Assembly (NCBI GenBank): GCA_010356995.1
Contig: ML996711.1
Span: forward strand, 198,518 to 262,517
Length of the DNA stretch: 64,000 nucleotides
Direction of reading: 5' to 3'
DNA from: Trichodelitschia bisporula
Taxonomy: Eukaryota
Every line of letters begins with the position of its first letter. The stretch's first letter is position 1. The translations under genes were made by a program, and so were the position numbers. Below, one piece after another: positions 58,561 through 64,000 of this stretch. The notes under the pieces were generated by a model. The model did no database searches. It was not told where the DNA came from and was given only the letters and a program-made list of their open reading frames with translations.

Positions 58561-60939
58561 CTATCCTGAATCTGTTCTCTGCCCCACCGGCCGTCCCGCC
58601 TCGCTCTCCCCAGAATCACTCCCCCTCCCATCCCTCCCCGAATCACTTCCCTCCGCACCCGTATCCCTCCCCGCCTGAGTGCCAGGCACAGCAGGCACAG
58701 GCGGAATCAACGGATCTCCCTCCGCCGCGCCCTCCGTCCCAGTATTCCTCCGACTCGGCGGCGGGTGGATGGAGCTCATCCGACTCGGCGGAATCTGCGC
58801 ATCAATAACAACCGTACCCTTCTTGCTTAACACCGTCGTATCCCCCGGCAACGACTCCATCCCCACCGTCCCCGATCCGACCGTCGTCATACTCGGACTC
58901 TGCCCCTTCCCCCGCCGCAACTGATACACAACCCTCGGCTCCCCCTCCACCACCGATCCCTTCCCCGCAACCAAAACATCCGCCTCCGCATCCACAGTCC
59001 TATGGTCCGGATACCGCGGCACAACCGGCAAATGCACATCATACACAATCCTCTCCCCCGTCCCAGCAACATATCTTTCCCAACTCCTCAACGTCCGTTC
59101 ATCCGCCTGCATCGCGACTTCCACATCGAAAGTAGGCCAATCAGACTCCGGCACCCACGGCCCCGCAAAATGCGCTTTGCTGTGCCTATGCCAGCGCGTG
59201 GGGTAGGGTAGCTCAGCGGTGAAGGCGTAGTGCACGGAAGGGTGGTCGCTCGTGCGCTCGCGCGCGTCGTCAAGGACGAGGTCGAACGGCGCGCGGATGA
59301 AATCGCGCACGGCCGCCCATTCGACGTATATCCTACTGCGGGAGCGCCAGGTTGTGCGCTGGAGCCAGGAGGCGAGGGTGCGTGATTTCTCGGCGGCTTG
59401 GGACAGGGGCGCCGGGGCCGGGGGTTTCGGGTGCCGGAGGACGAAATGCAGGAAATGGATGCGCCAGGCGTGGTGATACTTCCCGACGATAGCGGCGCCG
59501 AGAGTCAGGCCTACGGACACCCAAGGGAGCCACTGCCCGACTTCGAAGGGTGATTCGCCGTCGGGGAGAAAGTTGAGTTGGCGTTCTTTCCAGACTATGT
59601 TGAAGACGAAGAAGGGGAGGCAGACGAGGTAGGTTAGCAAAGCGAAGATGTAGAATGCCATTCCGCCTACTTGGGCGGCGAGGACGCGGGGTGTTTTTGG
59701 GGCGGATTTGCGTTTGGATTGCGGTTGGGAGCGGTAGAATTCGAGGAGCCGCCGCCCGACGAAGAAGCGGAACATGAGATCCCGGATGTCTTCAGGAGAC
59801 ATGCGCCCGAAGCAGAGCACGAAGAAGAGCTCGAAGACCGCAACGGGGAGCACGCCGTAGTATCCGACTGCGTTGACGTGGTACGCCCTATCCGTCAAGC
59901 CGGCATGGTCAACGTAACAACTCCCCGCAATCTCGCGCGGGCACTGCACGAAGCACGCGGACTCGTATCCAAAGCCGTTGGTCCAGGAAAACGTATCGCA
60001 GATGACGCGCGAGATGGTGTTGCTGCTGCTGTGCAGCGGGTGGTGGCTAACAGCATTGTAGCACGGATCGTCGCAATTGTACTTCGTAATAAACGCATGA
60101 TCGATAAAACCTAGGTCCTTGAACTCTGGCAACCGCTCCCGCGTATCGCACGTCATGATCCCGCCGTCGTGATGGCTCCAGTGCGCGCGGTCGGACAGCG
60201 CGCCCCCAATCACCACTAGGATGTATCCGACGAAGATGATAATCGCCCAGTAGATAATTAGCGGGCGCGCCTTGAGGCGCCTCAGCGTGCGGGACCAGTT
60301 TATCAACGGCACGGCCATGAGCAAGCCCGCCGACAACAGGGCGAGGATAGCATCGTTGTCGTTGTCCCCCGCGGAATCGTGGTCGGACGTGCGGTTTATG
60401 ACGCCGAACTGCACCCACGTCTGCACCGCCGCGGCACCGGAGTACGTCGTCGCTGCCGCCAGCGCACCGGCCACGAGCCACTCATGGTGGTGCACGACGA
60501 GGGCGAAGACCAGCAGGGTGTAGTAGAGAATCCGGTTCATGCGCGAGTACGTCCCGCTGATAGGCCACTCGCACACCACGGGGAGCGCCCAGGCTTCATC
60601 CAAATTCTTAACCCCGGAGACATTGGTCGCGCGAAGGGCGGCGTAGTTCAGCGCGTTGGTTGCGTAGCTGCTGAAGGAGCCGTTGACGTAGACGTACGGC
60701 ACGGGGGCGGGGTACGGCTGATTCTCTGTCGAGTGGGCGTCGAGGTATTTGAGCGGGCTGGTGACGGCGTCGGCGCGGTTCGTGGCATTGAGGATGGTGG
60801 CGAAGTTCCAGACCGCGGGCGCGGTGACCATCCACGAGTTGTTCGACGCGAGGAATGTGCCTGTGGGGAGGAGGGTGGTGTTTTGCGCCAGGGCTGGCCC
60901 TGCGATAAGAGCCGCTGCGAGCAGCGCTTTGGCGGACAT
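58561..60939 (-). CDS. Uncharacterised multi-pass membrane protein with signal peptide (792 aa)
   Basis: Long ORF with a signal peptide, an N-glycosylation-rich N-terminus, about 7 hydrophobic segments, CEWPISGTYSRMNRILYY and ESPFEVGQWLPW motifs, and a Cys-rich loop. Confidence 0.85.
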   Translation of the reverse strand: MSAKALLAAALIAGPALAQNTTLLPTGTFLASNNSWMVTAPAVWNFATILNATNRADAVTSPLKYLDAHSTENQPYPAPVPYVYVNGSFSSYATNALNYAALRATNVSGVKNLDEAWALPVVCEWPISGTYSRMNRILYYTLLVFALVVHHHEWLVAGALAAATTYSGAAAVQTWVQFGVINRTSDHDSAGDNDNDAILALLSAGLLMAVPLINWSRTLRRLKARPLIIYWAIIIFVGYILVVIGGALSDRAHWSHHDGGIMTCDTRERLPEFKDLGFIDHAFITKYNCDDPCYNAVSHHPLHSSSNTISRVICDTFSWTNGFGYESACFVQCPREIAGSCYVDHAGLTDRAYHVNAVGYYGVLPVAVFELFFVLCFGRMSPEDIRDLMFRFFVGRRLLEFYRSQPQSKRKSAPKTPRVLAAQVGGMAFYIFALLTYLVCLPFFVFNIVWKERQLNFLPDGESPFEVGQWLPWVSVGLTLGAAIVGKYHHAWRIHFLHFVLRHPKPPAPAPLSQAAEKSRTLASWLQRTTWRSRSRIYVEWAAVRDFIRAPFDLVLDDARERTSDHPSVHYAFTAELPYPTRWHRHSKAHFAGPWVPESDWPTFDVEVAMQADERTLRSWERYVAGTGERIVYDVHLPVVPRYPDHRTVDAEADVLVAGKGSVVEGEPRVVYQLRRGKGQSPSMTTVGSGTVGMESLPGDTTVLSKKGTVVIDAQIPPSRMSSIHPPPSRRNTGTEGAAEGDPLIPPVPAVPGTQAGRDTGAEGSDSGRDGRGSDSGESEAGRPVGQRTDSG

Positions 60940-62077
60940 GGTGTGCAGCTACGGTGAGAACTGTATCGATGTGTAACGGGCAGGCGGCCTGACGGCTGGG
61001 CATCTGGATATAAGAGCGTCGGTTCCCCCCCCCCCCTTCATGCCACCCCAGGAGCAAAAATAGCGTCTGACGGTTTTGCATCTCAGCCACAGTGCGCCAC
61101 CGGTCAACGGCGCCGGAGGATACGAGACTGGCGGGGAGCTTACTGGGCGTTGGACATCGCGATGCTGCTGACAGTGGGCGATTTGCCGCCATACGGGACG
61201 CTTATGTGAGCCCACCATGGCCGGTCAGTCGCCAGGCAACTGGGACATTAAAGTCAACGCGAACTCCAGCACAACCTGATAGTAAGCTGGAGAGAATCGC
61301 GCGTTGTGGGAATACAAGAGAGGACAAGAATAGCAGACACCCGTGCCGAGCCCGGTGGTCATACGACCATCCTAGCGTCTTGAGGGCCGCGCCGCTCTCC
61401 TTAACCTTCATCGCCTCCGTCAGTGCAACGAAGGGCAGCATCTCACCACGTCCACCCTGCCGCCCATCTCTCACCGGCCGCCATCTCCAAATACCACCCA
61501 CGCCGCAAAAAGACCACTCATCATCGTCGTCACCAACGCAAACGCGCCTAAAGTTCAGGACTCACAGTGAAGAGGATGGCATTCTGACGTCCTCACATCA
61601 CCCAATAGCGGGGCGTCGTGCACGCGTCGAGGTCCTTGCTCATCTCCCGCACCGCATGGCGTCGGGCCCCAAGGCGCGGGCCGCCCGCACTTGCGCGTCA
61701 GGGGTGCTTGAGCCACTCTAATTGGCTAGCTCGGAAGCTGGTCAGTTCGGGCCGATTATAATGTCTCGGAAGGGGTTATTTTGGGGGCCTTGGCTTTCTG
61801 GGGAAGGGGGGACTTCGGAGAACGATCCGGTGGCACACTTGAGGCTCGAGTCTTGAAGTCAAATCGAACTTACGGCTGTGCATGTCCCTCACGTCGCGCT
61901 GGGAGACCAGTTCCCAAGCCGAACGAGCACAGCAGCGCGCCATTCTTCCGCGCCTTCGAGAGGAGTTGGCTCTGCGTACGTAATTCGTAGTTCCAGTAGA
62001 TGTCCACATCCGCGCGGACGTACCGTACTTCTGATGTGAGCAAGGCTCGTACACAGGCAATAATATCTGTGTACGTC

Positions 62078-62247
62078 CGTAAACTGAAGATTGAAGTAGA
62101 AGACGAGGGAGGAAGAAAGACTGTAACTCTCGAGATTTAAATACAAGATGGCAAGTTCCTCCTTTGCTCTTTCCTACTACTATGCTCGCATTACATTATA
62201 TGCTCCTTCCTGACATAACAAAATCCTCCTTCCATGCCCACGTCAAC
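62078..62247 (+). repeat. Dispersed ~180-bp repeat, copy 3
   Basis: CGTAAACTGAAGATTGAAGTAG...CTCGAGATTTAAATACA...ATGCTCCTTCCTGACATAACAA...CTCCTTCCAT. Confidence 0.75.
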
Positions 62248-63464
62248 TTCCATGCTAGAACCACCCTCCCCTACCGCGCCGCAGGGAAGAAGTCGTGATG
62301 CTCATGCAACAACATGCGATGCAAAGCACTCCTCCCGCATCCACGCCGTGCCTCAAACCCGGTTCCCGGATTTCCACGAACCCCTCGGCCCTACGGTAGT
62401 TCTAGTAGCGTGGTCAGCGAAACGGCACAGTCGCGCATGATCCTGGATGAGAAGCCGGGGACTACGGGTTAGGCGCACGGCACGGACGGCGGAGGGTGCC
62501 CCCGGTAGCTGGTGAAATGATATCGATCGCGGAGGTGGCGGAAGGTTAAAGTGACCTCCGGTAAAGACTCCGGCAGTTGATTGTTGTACATGTCCTTTGG
62601 TCTGCTTATGATCGTGGGTTTTCCGAGGGCGGCTGTATGATCTGGGAAAGCTGATGGTGAATAGCGGAGGTCTTGGGAGGCTGGGAGACAAATATTGTCG
62701 AACCTGGGTGCCTTCAGCCACACCCTACTCACGTTATCATCAGTGTCAGAAGTGAATATCAACGTCTGTACGGAGATATATATTGGATTTCAAGGGACAA
62801 AAGATCCAAAATTTCACCCCCATACACTAGGGTACAGATAAAAGGAAAAACAGCCGAGGTAGGCGCCTGCTGGGGGTTGAACCCATGAACAGTCATCTCT
62901 ATCTTCCCAATATCAAGGTGAGTCTCCTCTCTCGATGCGAATCACCCCCTTAGCTCCCGCTCAACCCCACAACGCCCGCGCTATAGTAAAGTCCAAGCAG
63001 AAAAATCTATGGATGTAAAGCCAGAGATACTTAGAAAAGAACCCCGCAAAGTGATCACCCTCATGCGTCGCAACCAAAAAGGGAAGCGCCACCAATATCC
63101 CCACCCCAGACTCCAGAGCCTTACCCCGCTCCGGAAGCGCTCACCTTCAGCCGCAAAGCAATGCAGCAATTGCGCACTTCCCTCCCTCCCGCTGCCGCTG
63201 CCGCTGTGTCCATGATCCACTGCCTTCCTCTTTACCCCCCGATCCCCCAGACATTCCACCCGCGTACCTGCTTTTCGTTTCTGTCCACTCACCTTCCCGT
63301 CCCTCTCATCGCATACCCACTCCCCTCCTCGCACTTCCCGCCCTCCCCTCTCCCCACTCGTTCCACCCTCTCACTCTCACGCAACCTCACCCTCCCCGCT
63401 TCCCCCTTCACTCCCTCTCTCTCTCAACCAGTCCCACTCACCACCTTTCCCCTCTCCAGCCTCC

Positions 63465-64000
63465 CTACCTCGAAGGCTCATTCGTCAAAACCGCCAACTG
63501 CCCTGACACAAAGATCCCCAACACAACACACCCAATCATAGCAATAGCAATCTCGCCAAAATTGTACCCAAACCGCACACTCGCCCAACACACCAACCCC
63601 GCCCACTGAAGGACCATGCCAATCAACAGCCCCCGAATAAGCTTGGAATGCGCGTCCCCATGAACAAAGACGCAAACCATCAACCACCCCACCAGTACCA
63701 ACAGCGCAAGGACAGCGCACCATAACAGCACACATCGATTCGCCTTCGCCCTTACCTCACACGCAGCCTTCTCCTCGTCCGACTCAAGATCCTCACTCGC
63801 GCGTGTGCCCGTCCGCTTCGAGCCAGCGGAGTCAGCGTACGTCGGTGGCAGCGCAGTGGTGCTCTTCTCCGCCGGCTGTCTCTCAGGCTCGATAACGTCC
63901 ACAGCGTCGCCATCCACGGCCTTGCCAGGAGCGTGGTTGGGGGCATTGTCATGAGAGAGGCCGTTGGAGTTGAGCCCGTTGAGCTCAGGTCCATAGATCT
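63465..64000 (-). CDS. Partial hypothetical membrane protein (3 C-terminal hydrophobic segments); 5' end beyond the window
   Basis: The frame is open from the window edge to the stop at 63465, with a PPTY motif and hydrophobic helices. Confidence 0.55.
   Translation of the reverse strand, partial: IYGPELNGLNSNGLSHDNAPNHAPGKAVDGDAVDVIEPERQPAEKSTTALPPTYADSAGSKRTGTRASEDLESDEEKAACEVRAKANRCVLLWCAVLALLVLVGWLMVCVFVHGDAHSKLIRGLLIGMVLQWAGLVCWASVRFGYNFGEIAIAMIGCVVLGIFVSGQLAVLTNEPSR

Overview
Eukaryotic DNA from a filamentous ascomycete (Pezizomycotina), judged from GT-AG introns with CTAAC/CTGAC branch points (mostly 40-55 nt) and typical fungal gene families. The first ~5.5 kb is a transposon cluster: a Ty3/Gypsy pol ORF broken before integrase, a hAT transposase relic, LTR-like and TIR-bounded elements, and a perfect 24-bp palindrome. 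The rest holds about 20 recognisable genes: a PTH11-like receptor, two HET-domain paralogues flanking AN1 zinc finger/MRP51/RPS17, an SDR, KRE9, an Xaa-Pro peptidase, SSADH, a spherulin-like cupin, a LaeA-like methyltransferase, aspartate aminotransferase, a class II chitin synthase, tRNA-Gly(CCC), a Zn alcohol dehydrogenase and a thioredoxin. Orphan genes and pseudogenes lie between them. The most unusual observations are (1) a 370-nt SDR intron containing two long hairpins, one of which buries a copy of the splice donor; (2) two genes with a stop codon exactly where Trp is expected; (3) a PTS2 signal between two in-frame ATGs of the aminotransferase; (4) an inverted, pseudogenised duplicate of an orphan gene's 5' end; (5) a three-copy ~180-bp dispersed repeat; and (6) a recurring C-rich to G-rich skew inside genes. 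All calls were made by eye with no database searches, and intron boundaries are predictions.
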